Position numbers and translations under genes: made by a program
Notes under the pieces: generated by a model
What the model saw: the letters and a program-made list of their open reading frames with translations, nothing else
Database searches by the model: none
What the model was told of the DNA's origin: nothing
Shown here: piece by piece, positions 9,685 to 18,756 of the stretch
Layout of the letters: the number at the start of each line of letters is the position of its first letter
Numbering within the stretch: position 1 is the first letter of the stretch
Assembly: GCA_038046265.1 (NCBI GenBank)
Contig: JBBSWN010000010.1
Span: 7,693-71,692, forward strand
From: Nanobdellota archaeon
GTDB taxonomy: Archaea > Nanobdellota > Nanobdellia > SCGC-AAA011-G17 > JACPIM01
Direction of reading: 5' to 3'
Length of the DNA stretch: 64,000 nt

Positions 9685-10830
9685 ATGAAAAAAACTTTAA
9701 TTGTTATTTTTTTGATTATTTTACTGGGGTTTTTTTATTTAAAAGAAAGAGAGTTTAAAATAGAAACTATTGAAAGCATAGGGAAAAGCGAGAATTATTA
9801 TTTTGTATTTCCTTCTATAACAGAACTGCATAAAGATGATGTTTTTGAGTTTAATGTTGATAAAGTAGATAATTTAAGGGAGAAAAAGAAGTTTGACAAA
9901 AAACTAAGATCAAAAGTAATTGAATTGTTAAAAATGCCTGATTACGTTGTTTTAGAGCCAAGAGCTGACATTGTTAAAGATGAGGACAAGGGAAAGTATA
10001 TTGAAAGAAAAATAAGGATATACACTTCTTTTAACACATTATCACATGCTTATTTATTAATTCCAAAGGAGAAAAACAACAAAATAGTAATAGCAATGCA
10101 CCAGCATGGGGGGAATTATGAATATGGAAAAGAGGAAGTTGTTGGCAATTTAGGTGATGAAAATATGTTTTTTGGAAAAGAGTTGGCTGAAAGAGGATAT
10201 TTTGTTTTTGCAATGGATGCCCCTTTATTTGGGGAAAATAACTTGTTTTTTGAAAATTCTACTGGTGTAAAAAGAAATTCTGCTGAAATTGAGGAGCAAT
10301 TTGCAACACAAAGCCTGCTTTTATATGGATATACTCCTTTAGGTGCTATTTTACAGCAAGACATGACTGCCTTGAATTTTTTATTAAGTTTAGAGGGTTT
10401 TGACAAGGAAAATATTGGGTGTATTGGGCATTCTTTTGGGGGAGCAAGATGCATGTACTTGGCAGCAATGGATGAAAGAATAAAAGCTGTTGTTTTGTCT
10501 AATTCTGTTGCAAATTTCAGGAGAGATTATGACAAAAGCATATTACATACTTGGTTAACTTTACTGCCTGGAATAGCTAAATATACTGAGATTAATGGAG
10601 TTTTAGGGTTAATTGCACCAAGACCATTAATGATAGTTTACAGTGAGAATGATCCAATTAATCCAGAAAATGAGGTAAAAGAACAGATTTTGTCTATGGA
10701 AAATTTATATGAAAAGTTAGGCAGAAAAGAAGAATTTAAAAGTTTATATTTAAAAGGAAAAGCGCATGAATTTCCTCTAGAATATCACGAGCAAGCTTAT
10801 GAATTTTTTGACAAAAACCTAAAAAATTAA
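9685..10830 (+). CDS. membrane-anchored alpha/beta hydrolase paralog 3 (GHSFGG)
   Basis: N-terminal TM; motifs AMHQHGGNYEYGKEEVVGN, CIGHSFGGARCMYLAA, SENDPI, GKAHEFP are shared with the other three paralogs. Confidence 0.7.
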   Translation: MKKTLIVIFLIILLGFFYLKEREFKIETIESIGKSENYYFVFPSITELHKDDVFEFNVDKVDNLREKKKFDKKLRSKVIELLKMPDYVVLEPRADIVKDEDKGKYIERKIRIYTSFNTLSHAYLLIPKEKNNKIVIAMHQHGGNYEYGKEEVVGNLGDENMFFGKELAERGYFVFAMDAPLFGENNLFFENSTGVKRNSAEIEEQFATQSLLLYGYTPLGAILQQDMTALNFLLSLEGFDKENIGCIGHSFGGARCMYLAAMDERIKAVVLSNSVANFRRDYDKSILHTWLTLLPGIAKYTEINGVLGLIAPRPLMIVYSENDPINPENEVKEQILSMENLYEKLGRKEEFKSLYLKGKAHEFPLEYHEQAYEFFDKNLKN

Positions 10831-10885
10831 GTTTATAAAATACAGAAAGTTTATTTTTATAATGCCGCGATCGCATAACCTGGTA

Positions 10886-11002
10886 TAAGCTTTTAGAAAA
10901 AGCTTAAGCAAAAACTAAAGCAAAACTAAGAGTTTACAGAATTGCACTGGCCTTGAGATAAGCTTTTAAAAAAGCTTAAGCAAAAAATTAAGCAAAAAAA
11001 AC
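10886..11002 (+). repeat. two tandem ~73-bp units (TAAGCTTTTARAAAAGCTTAAGCAAAAA-TAAAGCAAAA...), degenerate copies of the dispersed motif
   Basis: Direct comparison of 10886-10930 with 10959-11002. Confidence 0.5.
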
Positions 11003-11084
11003 AAGATAGCCAGGCCTCACAAGGGCATCCCGGTTCAAAATAAGGATTGCATCCTTATCAACCCGCAAACTTAAATGAAAGTCC

Positions 11085-11126
11085 GGGTCGCGGCGTAATA
11101 TATTTACAGATAAGTTGTGGCGTAAG
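11085..11126 (+). repeat. GC-rich repeat pair R1 GGGTCGCGGCGTAATAT (11085-11101) and R2 TTGTGGCGTAA (11116-11126), upstream of the TA pair
   Basis: Exact copies recur at 11920-11936 and 11891-11901 downstream of the TA pair in mirrored order; the core GGCGTAAT occurs four times. Confidence 0.5.
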
Positions 11127-11196
11127 TTTAAATATTAGTTAGACTTAATTAGTAAAGTATTTAAATAAGTTAATCTTATTAGTAAGATACACTTAT

Positions 11197-11469
11197 TTGG
11201 AGGAAAAAATGGAAAATGTTGAAGTTACAAGCATAAGCTCACGAGGGCAGGTAGTTATACCACAATCAGTAAGAGAAAAGTTAAAGCTTCATGAAGGAGA
11301 AAAGTTTATAGTTATAGGAGAAGAAGATACTATAGTTTTAAAGAAACTGGAAATGCCTTCATTTAAGGGCTTTGATAAACTACTTAAAAAAACAAGGGAA
11401 TTTGCTAAAAATAAAGGAATTAAGCCTGAAGATGTAAGCGAGGCTGTAAAAAGAGCAAGATCTAAATGA
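11197..11469 (+). CDS. AbrB/SpoVT/MazE-type antitoxin
   Basis: SSRGQVVIPQSVREKLKLHEGEKFIV swapped-hairpin motif; 4-nt overlap with the downstream PIN gene. Confidence 0.6.
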   Translation: MEEKMENVEVTSISSRGQVVIPQSVREKLKLHEGEKFIVIGEEDTIVLKKLEMPSFKGFDKLLKKTREFAKNKGIKPEDVSEAVKRARSK

Positions 11470-11876
11470 TTAAAGTAGTTGTTGACACTAATGTGTTTAT
11501 ATCTGGTATATTTTGGGAAGGAAACTTTTGTTCGCAAATAATAGACTTATGGGGACTTGGGGAAATTACTATTGTCAGTTCATTGGATATAATTGAGGAA
11601 TTAGTAAAAACATTAAGAGATTTTAAAGTTGAAATGCCAGATGACATGATTGAAGAATGGCAAAATAAAATCATTGAAAATGCTGTAATTGTAGAACCTA
11701 AAGAAAGGCTTGATGTTGTCAAGGGTGACTCTAAAGACAATAAATTCTTTGAAGCTGCTTTAGCTGGGAAAGCGGAATATATTGTAAGTCAGGATAAAAA
11801 ACATATTTTAAGCATTAAAGAATACAAAGGAATAAAAACTATCTCGCCTGAAGATTTTTTAGAACTTATCAAATAA
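11466..11876 (+). CDS. PIN-domain (VapC-like) toxin
   Basis: N-terminal VVVDTNVFISG motif typical of PIN domains; acidic residues downstream; translationally coupled to the antitoxin. Confidence 0.6.
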   Translation: MIKVVVDTNVFISGIFWEGNFCSQIIDLWGLGEITIVSSLDIIEELVKTLRDFKVEMPDDMIEEWQNKIIENAVIVEPKERLDVVKGDSKDNKFFEAALAGKAEYIVSQDKKHILSIKEYKGIKTISPEDFLELIK

Positions 11877-11890
11877 ACTTAAGAAATACT

Positions 11891-11936
11891 TTGTGGCGTA
11901 ATAAATTACTTATCACCTCGGGTCGCGGCGTAATAT
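11891..11936 (+). repeat. second copies of R2 (11891-11901) and R1 (11920-11936)
   Basis: Exact matches to the 11085-11126 elements. Confidence 0.5.
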
Positions 11937-11980
11937 CATTTTTGACAAAATATAAAAATATTAAGTATTAGGTATGATTC

Positions 11981-13030
11981 ATGAAAATCGGCTTTGTTAA
12001 TTTGACACCACTTGTTTATGATGTGGAAACACCTCTTAGTTCTCCTTTAGGAGGGTCAGAGTCAGCAATGTGCTATTTGGCTCAGCATTTAAGCACTGCT
12101 GGACATGAAATAACACTTTTTAGAAAGAGCAATGGAGAATTTAATAAGTCAGGAGTTACTCATTTACCAATAAACAAAATTAAGGATGAATTACTAGATT
12201 TTTTGATTATACAGAATACACCATTTTCAGCACCAAAAATCAAAAAAATAATTAGCCGGAAAACGAATATGATTTTTTGGTCGCAGCATGCAGCTGATCA
12301 AAAAGCAGTTGAATCTTTAAAAAATAATGATGTTCTTAAGATTTTTGACAAAATAGTTTTAGTGAGTGAATGGCAAAAAAAGAATTACCTAGAGATGTTT
12401 GGAATAGAGGAAAATAAAATTGAGATAAAACGAAATGCTATTTCTCCTGCATTTGAAAATTTAAAAGGCATAAAAAAAGAATGGTCAATGGCGTATACAA
12501 GCACCCCTTTTAGAGGATTGAATTTACTGCCTGAAATTTTTGAGAAAGCCAGAAAAATAAGACCTGATGCAGCATTATCAGTTTTTTCCAGCATGAAAAT
12601 ATATCAAGCAAATATGCAAGCTGAAAAAGAATTTGAATGGCTTTATAACAAATGCCGAAATACACAGAGTATTGAATATGTGGGTGCTATATCTCAGAGT
12701 GAGCTTGCAAGCAAACTAGCTGAAATTGAAATTTTGGCATATCCCAATACTTTTGCTGAAACTTCCTGCATTTCTGTGATGGAAGCCATGGCTGCTGGGT
12801 GTCAGGTAGTTACAAGTAATTTAGGTGCGCTGCCTGAAACAACTGCAGGATTTGCAAGACTAGTTAATATAGAAGGAAAAGAAAGACAAGATTATATTGA
12901 AGACTTTGTCAAAGCATTGACAATAACAATAGATCAATCAAAAATCAGGAAGCAGGTTGATTTTGTTAATGAAAACTATATTTGGAAGAAAAGGGCAAAA
13001 GAATGGGAAGAGTTTTTATTAAAAATCTGA
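11981..13030 (+). CDS. glycosyltransferase, GT4-like (GT-B fold)
   Basis: C-terminal EAMAAGCQVVTSNLGALPE motif characteristic of GT1/GT4 enzymes. Confidence 0.55.
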   Translation: MKIGFVNLTPLVYDVETPLSSPLGGSESAMCYLAQHLSTAGHEITLFRKSNGEFNKSGVTHLPINKIKDELLDFLIIQNTPFSAPKIKKIISRKTNMIFWSQHAADQKAVESLKNNDVLKIFDKIVLVSEWQKKNYLEMFGIEENKIEIKRNAISPAFENLKGIKKEWSMAYTSTPFRGLNLLPEIFEKARKIRPDAALSVFSSMKIYQANMQAEKEFEWLYNKCRNTQSIEYVGAISQSELASKLAEIEILAYPNTFAETSCISVMEAMAAGCQVVTSNLGALPETTAGFARLVNIEGKERQDYIEDFVKALTITIDQSKIRKQVDFVNENYIWKKRAKEWEEFLLKI

Positions 13031-13067
13031 GAATAGATTTAAAAACATGTTTAAGTTGATTTATTAA

Positions 13068-13874
13068 ATGGTAAATGCCAAAATATTAGTTGGTTGTCCA
13101 ATATATGACAAATCAGAGTATTGTTTTGATGAGTTTTTAAAAGCTGTAAGGGCTTTTGATTATGATAATTTTGACATATTAATAATAGATAATTCAAGAG
13201 ACAAAGATTTTTACAACAGAAAGCTAAAAGATTTAAAAGATGTTACAGCAATTTATTTAAATTTAAAAGAGGAGAAAAACTTAAAGAGGTTAGCATTAAC
13301 AAGAAATGAGATTATTAATTATTTTTTAGGTAAAGATTATGAATATTTACTTATGATGGATTCTGATGTTATTGCCCCTCCTTATATAATAAAAGAACTA
13401 TTATTACAGGACAAGGATATAATTTCTGGGCTTTATTTTAATTACTTTGTTAAAAATGGGAAGAATATTTTACTGCCAGTAGCATGGAGAACTATTGAGG
13501 AAAGAGAATTTGAGATGCTTAAAAAGGCAAACAAAGTTCCTTATGGATGCAGTTCAAAAGAAGATATAAGAGTGCATTTAGATTCTGCAGAATATTCAAG
13601 CAACAGAGTTTTTGAAGTAATAATGCCATCTGCCGGGTGCATGCTTGTAAAAAGAACTGTTTTAGAAAAAGGAATTAGATATGGTGTTTTAAACAAAGAT
13701 GAGATAAGGAATGCGAAAAAATCAACTTCAGATGATGTTTACTTTATGAGGGAAGTTTTTAAAAATGTGTTTAAGGCTTATTGTCATACTGGAATTAAAT
13801 GCAAACATCTGTTACTAGGAAAATATAGAAAAGATGAGGAAAAAAATGAGATGTCACATCCATTATATAAATAA
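13068..13874 (+). CDS. glycosyltransferase, GT2-like
   Basis: N-terminal Rossmann-like region IIDNSRD ... LLMMDSDV (DxD-like). Confidence 0.4.
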   Translation: MVNAKILVGCPIYDKSEYCFDEFLKAVRAFDYDNFDILIIDNSRDKDFYNRKLKDLKDVTAIYLNLKEEKNLKRLALTRNEIINYFLGKDYEYLLMMDSDVIAPPYIIKELLLQDKDIISGLYFNYFVKNGKNILLPVAWRTIEEREFEMLKKANKVPYGCSSKEDIRVHLDSAEYSSNRVFEVIMPSAGCMLVKRTVLEKGIRYGVLNKDEIRNAKKSTSDDVYFMREVFKNVFKAYCHTGIKCKHLLLGKYRKDEEKNEMSHPLYK

Positions 13875-13878
13875 TTTT

Positions 13879-15270
13879 TTATTCTGGTTCTACTTTTCTT
13901 GTTTTTCCTGAAATAACATATCTTATTGTGCCTGAAAATTCCTCGAACATAGCTTTATAAGGTTTTAATGAGCCTCTTCTTATTTGTCTTAAGAAATATT
14001 TAGGGCTTAAGTAATAATTAATATATGTATTTCTGATTTTTTTCCTTACAAAATCATAAGTCAAGGAAGTGTTAATATATTTGTTATACAAATTTTGATC
14101 GTAAAGAGACCAGTTTTCCTGCAAGATGCCTTTGTCTTTGTGCATTTTCCATAATTCAGTACCAACAATAGGGGTTATTGAGAAAATCCACATATAGTCT
14201 GGCATAATTTCATATATCATGTCAATTGTTTCTTGAATACTTTCTTTTGTTTCTTCTGGGGAGCCAAACATAAAAGATGCTTTTGTAGAGATTCCGTGTT
14301 TATGGCATAAATCAAATGCTTTTCTTATCTTGTTTTTTGCTTCAATTTGGTTATCTCCAAGGCCTTTGTCAAGATTCTGCAATATTTTTGCAGAGCCTGA
14401 TTCAACACCAAAATTAACCATATGACAGCCAGAGTCGGCCATTAATTTTGCATTATCTTCTCTTAATGTGTCAACTCTGCTTAAACAACACCAAGACATA
14501 TCAAGGTCTTTCAAGCCTTTACAAATTTTAATTAATCTTTCCTGCTTTAATGGAAAAACATCATCATAAAACAAGATTTCTTTTCTTTTGTATTTTTCCT
14601 TTAGTTCCTGGATTTCACCCAAGACATGTTCAGCACTTCTAAACCTTACTATTCTGTCCCAGGTGATTTTTGATGCACAATAAATGCAGTTTGCAAAACA
14701 GCCTCTTGAGGAAAAAACAGTTGCTGCAGGCTTTAGTCCTTCCCATGTAAAATGTATGTCATATTTATCCATGTCAACAAGGTGCCTAGCTGGATAAGGC
14801 AGAATGTCCAAGTTTTCAATAAAGGGCCTGTCTTGATTATGTATTATTTTATTATTTTCCTTATAAGAAATTCCCAAGATGTTTTTAAGTGGTTTTTCTT
14901 CTGCAATTTCAACTATTGTAAGGTCTGCTTCTTTTTTAGCTACTATGTCTGCATCAATTTCTTTTAAAGCCATTTCCGGAAGAGCTGAAGCATGACTGCC
15001 ACCAATCATTATTTTTGCATTTGGATTATAGGACCTTATGTCTTTTATTATTTCCTTTGTTTTTACAACATTTGGTGTAGAGAAACTTAAACCAATTAAT
15101 TTTGAGTCAAAGAAATTTTTTAGAGGTGTTTTATCAACTGACATGTCAAGGACTTTAACTTTGAAATTATTTTTTTCTAGATTTGCTGCGAGCTGGAGAA
15201 TTCCCAATGGTTCTGGAATGTTTACATAAGTAGAACTTTCAACATTTATCAGACTAATTTCAGAGCTCAT
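13879..15270 (-). CDS. B12-binding-domain radical SAM enzyme
   Basis: N-terminal B12-binding-like region (KIMIGGSHASALPE) followed by the FSSRGCFANCIYC CxxxCxxC motif. Confidence 0.6.
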   Translation of the reverse strand: MSSEISLINVESSTYVNIPEPLGILQLAANLEKNNFKVKVLDMSVDKTPLKNFFDSKLIGLSFSTPNVVKTKEIIKDIRSYNPNAKIMIGGSHASALPEMALKEIDADIVAKKEADLTIVEIAEEKPLKNILGISYKENNKIIHNQDRPFIENLDILPYPARHLVDMDKYDIHFTWEGLKPAATVFSSRGCFANCIYCASKITWDRIVRFRSAEHVLGEIQELKEKYKRKEILFYDDVFPLKQERLIKICKGLKDLDMSWCCLSRVDTLREDNAKLMADSGCHMVNFGVESGSAKILQNLDKGLGDNQIEAKNKIRKAFDLCHKHGISTKASFMFGSPEETKESIQETIDMIYEIMPDYMWIFSITPIVGTELWKMHKDKGILQENWSLYDQNLYNKYINTSLTYDFVRKKIRNTYINYYLSPKYFLRQIRRGSLKPYKAMFEEFSGTIRYVISGKTRKVEPE

Positions 15271-15302
15271 TTTTACTTAATCTTTTTTTGAATATATAAA
15301 GC

Positions 15303-15878
15303 TTATTTTTTTGCTATTCCTAATAAATCCAAGATAAATTTGGTAGAAGCTTTTATTATTTCTTCTTCTGTTTTGCCTTCAACAATAATGCATTCTTCTT
15401 GCTTGAAAACCTTAGATTCTTCCCCAAGCCTTAAAACAATTATAGATTCTGTTGTTGTTACGTCTGAGCAAGTTTTTACAGGGATGTTTTCTTTTTTATA
15501 TGTTAGGGCTGTTTTTACAGGCAGGTTAAACAAAAACTGGTTTCCAATTATTTTTGCTATTTCTGCAGCTGCAATCACGCTTTCAGATGTTAATTCCGGA
15601 GTCAGGGTTATAAAAACTTCTTCTCTTATTACTCTTTCTTTGATGTTTTCCTCTATCTCTATATAATCTAGAGTTCTTGGGTCATATCTTACTGATATGT
15701 AATGGGGATTTTGGTCGTTTTTAAGAAAGACTTCTATGTCATATACAACAGGAGCTGTTTGATAAATTTTATAGCCATTATACTTAAAAACATTGTCTCT
15801 GCTAGAATTATATAAGTAATAAGAACCTAATAACAAAAGAAGTATTACAAGAGATGCTAAAACCTTCTTTTTTGCCAT
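15303..15878 (-). CDS. small N-terminally anchored protein, paralog A (LPVKTC motif)
   Basis: N-terminal TM; shares LP[VI]KTC.D...[IV]IV...C...G..E.I...LL with the next gene. Confidence 0.45.
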   Translation of the reverse strand: MAKKKVLASLVILLLLLGSYYLYNSSRDNVFKYNGYKIYQTAPVVYDIEVFLKNDQNPHYISVRYDPRTLDYIEIEENIKERVIREEVFITLTPELTSESVIAAAEIAKIIGNQFLFNLPVKTALTYKKENIPVKTCSDVTTTESIIVLRLGEESKVFKQEECIIVEGKTEEEIIKASTKFILDLLGIAKK

Positions 15879-15880
15879 TT

Positions 15881-16432
15881 TTATGCTGTGAGAAGAGATA
15901 TTATCAGTTGATCGATGAATTTTATTATTTCTGTTTCATGGCCTTTAATTTCAAGGCAATTATTAATGTATTTTATCTCTTTATTAATTGCTTTTTTTAC
16001 AATTACGACTTTATTTAAATCTTTCGCATCTTGGCATGTTTTAATTGGGAGTTTAGAACATTTTTCACTGTCTTCAAAACAAGAGTTTACTGATTTCGGA
16101 GTTAAAATTTGAGTTAACATGTTTAACTCCTGGTAAATTAAGTTATTAGATTCATTTTGGTCAGAAGAAAAGTAGATTTTTTCAGCTGAATTTAATTGTT
16201 TTGGATTAATTATTTTTTGTTCTTCCAATGATTCAGGATCAAATGACAGGGAAATTGGGTTATTATTTACATAAACAACCCATTTGTTGTTTATGCTGCT
16301 GAATTCAAGGCCTTTGTATTTTTTTATATCTGGGTTGTTTTCTTCTGGAAGAGAAACAAAACCAGCAATACTAGTAATCATTAGAAAAGATATGAACAAG
16401 GCTAAAATCAGTTTCTTTTTCTTAGTGTCCAT
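15881..16432 (-). CDS. small N-terminally anchored protein, paralog B (LPIKTC motif)
   Basis: N-terminal TM; the C-terminal half is alignable to 15303-15878. Confidence 0.45.
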   Translation of the reverse strand: MDTKKKKLILALFISFLMITSIAGFVSLPEENNPDIKKYKGLEFSSINNKWVVYVNNNPISLSFDPESLEEQKIINPKQLNSAEKIYFSSDQNESNNLIYQELNMLTQILTPKSVNSCFEDSEKCSKLPIKTCQDAKDLNKVVIVKKAINKEIKYINNCLEIKGHETEIIKFIDQLIISLLTA

Positions 16433-16470
16433 AAAATTCTTTTTAGATTATTATTTATAAACCTTTTTGA

Positions 16471-16502
16471 ACCCTTTTTAGAAAAAGCGTTAACGGAAAA
16501 AA
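16471..16502 (+). promoter_or_regulatory. dispersed motif copy (ACCCTTTTTAGAAAAAGCGTTAACGGAAAAAA)
   Basis: Motif family; a partial copy lies 10 bp upstream. Confidence 0.35.
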
Positions 16503-16578
16503 CTTATTTTTTATAACTCCTAAAAAGAATTCATGAAAATAATAAAATTTAGAATAAATAAAAAGAAATAAGAAAAAA

Positions 16579-18450
16579 TTAAAATTTAAATTCACTAGAC
16601 AAATCTTTACTAGTGAACCTTATTTCGCCTTTTTTCTTTTTGCCCTTTCCTTTTAATAGGAAGTAAGCTGCAACCACTACTGCCAAAATCAATAAGACTA
16701 CTACGATAACACCAGCTTTTCCTGGTTTTTCTGCTTCTGCAGGTGCTGATGGTTGAGTAGGTGTTTCTTCTACTTTTGGCGGTATTTTTACTGGCTTGAT
16801 CATTACTTTAGCTTCTTCATCTTGTACTGATGTTAACTTTACTACAACATCATTGTCGCCATCGCCATCTAAATCTACTTCTCTTGACTCACCAACATTT
16901 AAGGTTATGTCATTTGGTGTAGATTCAAGCCTTATTGTAGCACTTGTTGCTGTTACTTTAAGGAAAGTCAAAGTGTGTTGTGTTTCTCCATCTAATGTAA
17001 AGGTTGAAGATTCTCCTTGAAGACCAGAAACTTCTCCTTCTGGAGCTGATCCATCAACTGATCTGCTTAAATCAACTTCAGCTACTTTTTGTTCTTCTGC
17101 TTCTTCTTCAACTGAAACTCCTTCATCTCCTTCATAGAATGCTGTGAATTCTTTTTCAGAAGTTGTTGAGAACTGTACTGAGTCTTCAACACTACATTTT
17201 ATCTTGTATTTTCCTGCTTGACCTGTTTCTGTTGCCTTAAATTCAGGTTCAAATTTGAAACCACCTGACTGTGATTTTGTTATTGTTGCACCATTTGGTT
17301 TTGTAAGAGTTACTGTGAATATTACTTTTGATGTGTCATTTGTTTCACATGTTGCAGTAATTGTGTTTTCAACAGCTATTCTTGACTTACTAAGTGAAAG
17401 AACAGATCCTGGGGCTGTACCATCTAAAGTTATGTTGAAACCTCTTCCATTGTTTGATACATTTACTGTGTTGCCTGCTGAGTCATTTGCAACTATCATG
17501 AAGATAATTGATCTACCCTCTGCAAGATCAGTTAAGCTGTCAACCATTCTTACTTCACCTGATCCATTAGCATCTTTTCCAGCAAATCTCAATGAACCGT
17601 TTAATATAGTGTCGTTATTGCTGGTGAAAGGCGAGTGCTGATTATTCATTGTCATGTTGTTTGGATTTGTTGATGACAGTGCACCAGTATCAGCTGCTAA
17701 AGGACTTCCATTGAACAACCAATATATTCTTGCTGAATATAAATGAGGTTCATCTACTGAAATTGAGACTTTTAGATTAGTTCCATTTCTTAAGTAAGCG
17801 TTATTACCAGTTGTTCCATTTAAGTCAACTAATACAACTGTGTTTGTACCATCAGATACATTCAAGGAACTTATTGAGAATACAGGCCTTGCTTTGTCAA
17901 TGGTTATTGTTCTGTTAGCTGAGAAGTTTTTTCTGTGTTGCAGAGTGTAAGATGCATTAGATGTTGCATTTAAACCTGCTTGACAGGCAACGGTGTAGTT
18001 TCCGTCAGCTATAAGAAGATTTCCTGTGTTAGCTCCATTAGCATCATATGTTACTGTACTAGCATTAAATGCCTTGAATCTAATTCTTAGCAAATTAAGA
18101 GTGCCATTTTGCTCGAGAACATGTGTGTAGTTAAAAGGTGATGCTGAAGTGTTTGTTACATTCATTGAAATGTTGTTTGAGCCAGATGCAAATCCATGGA
18201 AATTATGGAATAAGGATATGTTAGCAATTCTCTGGCTAGAAGTAAATACTACTGCACTACAAGTAATATTCAGGTTTCTACCTGTTGTAATATTATAATT
18301 GCTGATGTTAACACCGCCAGATTGTATCTGCGCTACAGTAACTTCTATAGCTCCTTCTGTTGTTGGCGCTACAGCATTAACAAAAACAACGTATAAACTC
18401 AAAAGAACTAATAAATTTATAAGATAAAAGATTAACCTCTTATTATTCAT
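16579..18450 (-). CDS. large sequon-rich surface (glyco)protein with C-terminal TM anchor and Lys-rich tail
   Basis: N-terminal signal/TM; dozens of N-x-S/T sequons (NIS, NIT, NAS, NGT...); Thr/Pro/Glu-rich linker; C-terminus PGKAGVIVVVLLILAVVVAAYFLLKGKGKKKKGE. Confidence 0.55.
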   Translation of the reverse strand: MNNKRLIFYLINLLVLLSLYVVFVNAVAPTTEGAIEVTVAQIQSGGVNISNYNITTGRNLNITCSAVVFTSSQRIANISLFHNFHGFASGSNNISMNVTNTSASPFNYTHVLEQNGTLNLLRIRFKAFNASTVTYDANGANTGNLLIADGNYTVACQAGLNATSNASYTLQHRKNFSANRTITIDKARPVFSISSLNVSDGTNTVVLVDLNGTTGNNAYLRNGTNLKVSISVDEPHLYSARIYWLFNGSPLAADTGALSSTNPNNMTMNNQHSPFTSNNDTILNGSLRFAGKDANGSGEVRMVDSLTDLAEGRSIIFMIVANDSAGNTVNVSNNGRGFNITLDGTAPGSVLSLSKSRIAVENTITATCETNDTSKVIFTVTLTKPNGATITKSQSGGFKFEPEFKATETGQAGKYKIKCSVEDSVQFSTTSEKEFTAFYEGDEGVSVEEEAEEQKVAEVDLSRSVDGSAPEGEVSGLQGESSTFTLDGETQHTLTFLKVTATSATIRLESTPNDITLNVGESREVDLDGDGDNDVVVKLTSVQDEEAKVMIKPVKIPPKVEETPTQPSAPAEAEKPGKAGVIVVVLLILAVVVAAYFLLKGKGKKKKGEIRFTSKDLSSEFKF

Positions 18451-18756
18451 TTATTGCCACCTCTCAATATTTGTTATTTATTCTCTTTTTTTATTTTTTT
18501 TGAATTCTTTAAATTGATATTTGTATATTTAAAGCTATAAACATAAAAGAACACATAGCTTATATATAAAGGTTTTGGTGATTTATATATTATATTCTTA
18601 AAATCTGTTTTTAATGCCTTTTCTGGCAAATTTACTGCATAATAAATAACTAAAATAAAAAGCAACACAAACTTTAATAATTGGAAAATAGTACAAACCT
18701 TTGTAAATTTGTTATAATTATTAGTTAATGGTTAGTCATGTTTAAACAGTGCAAAG

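Noticed and set aside
10886-11002. Possible CRISPR array
   Set aside because: Only two degenerate A-rich units with no unique spacers, and no cas genes nearby. It is a tandem copy of the dispersed motif.
10990-11100. tRNA-like GC-rich fragments (CCCGGTTCAAAAT, GGATTGCATCC hairpin)
   Set aside because: I could not build a cloverleaf on either strand: no complementary acceptor or T-stem.
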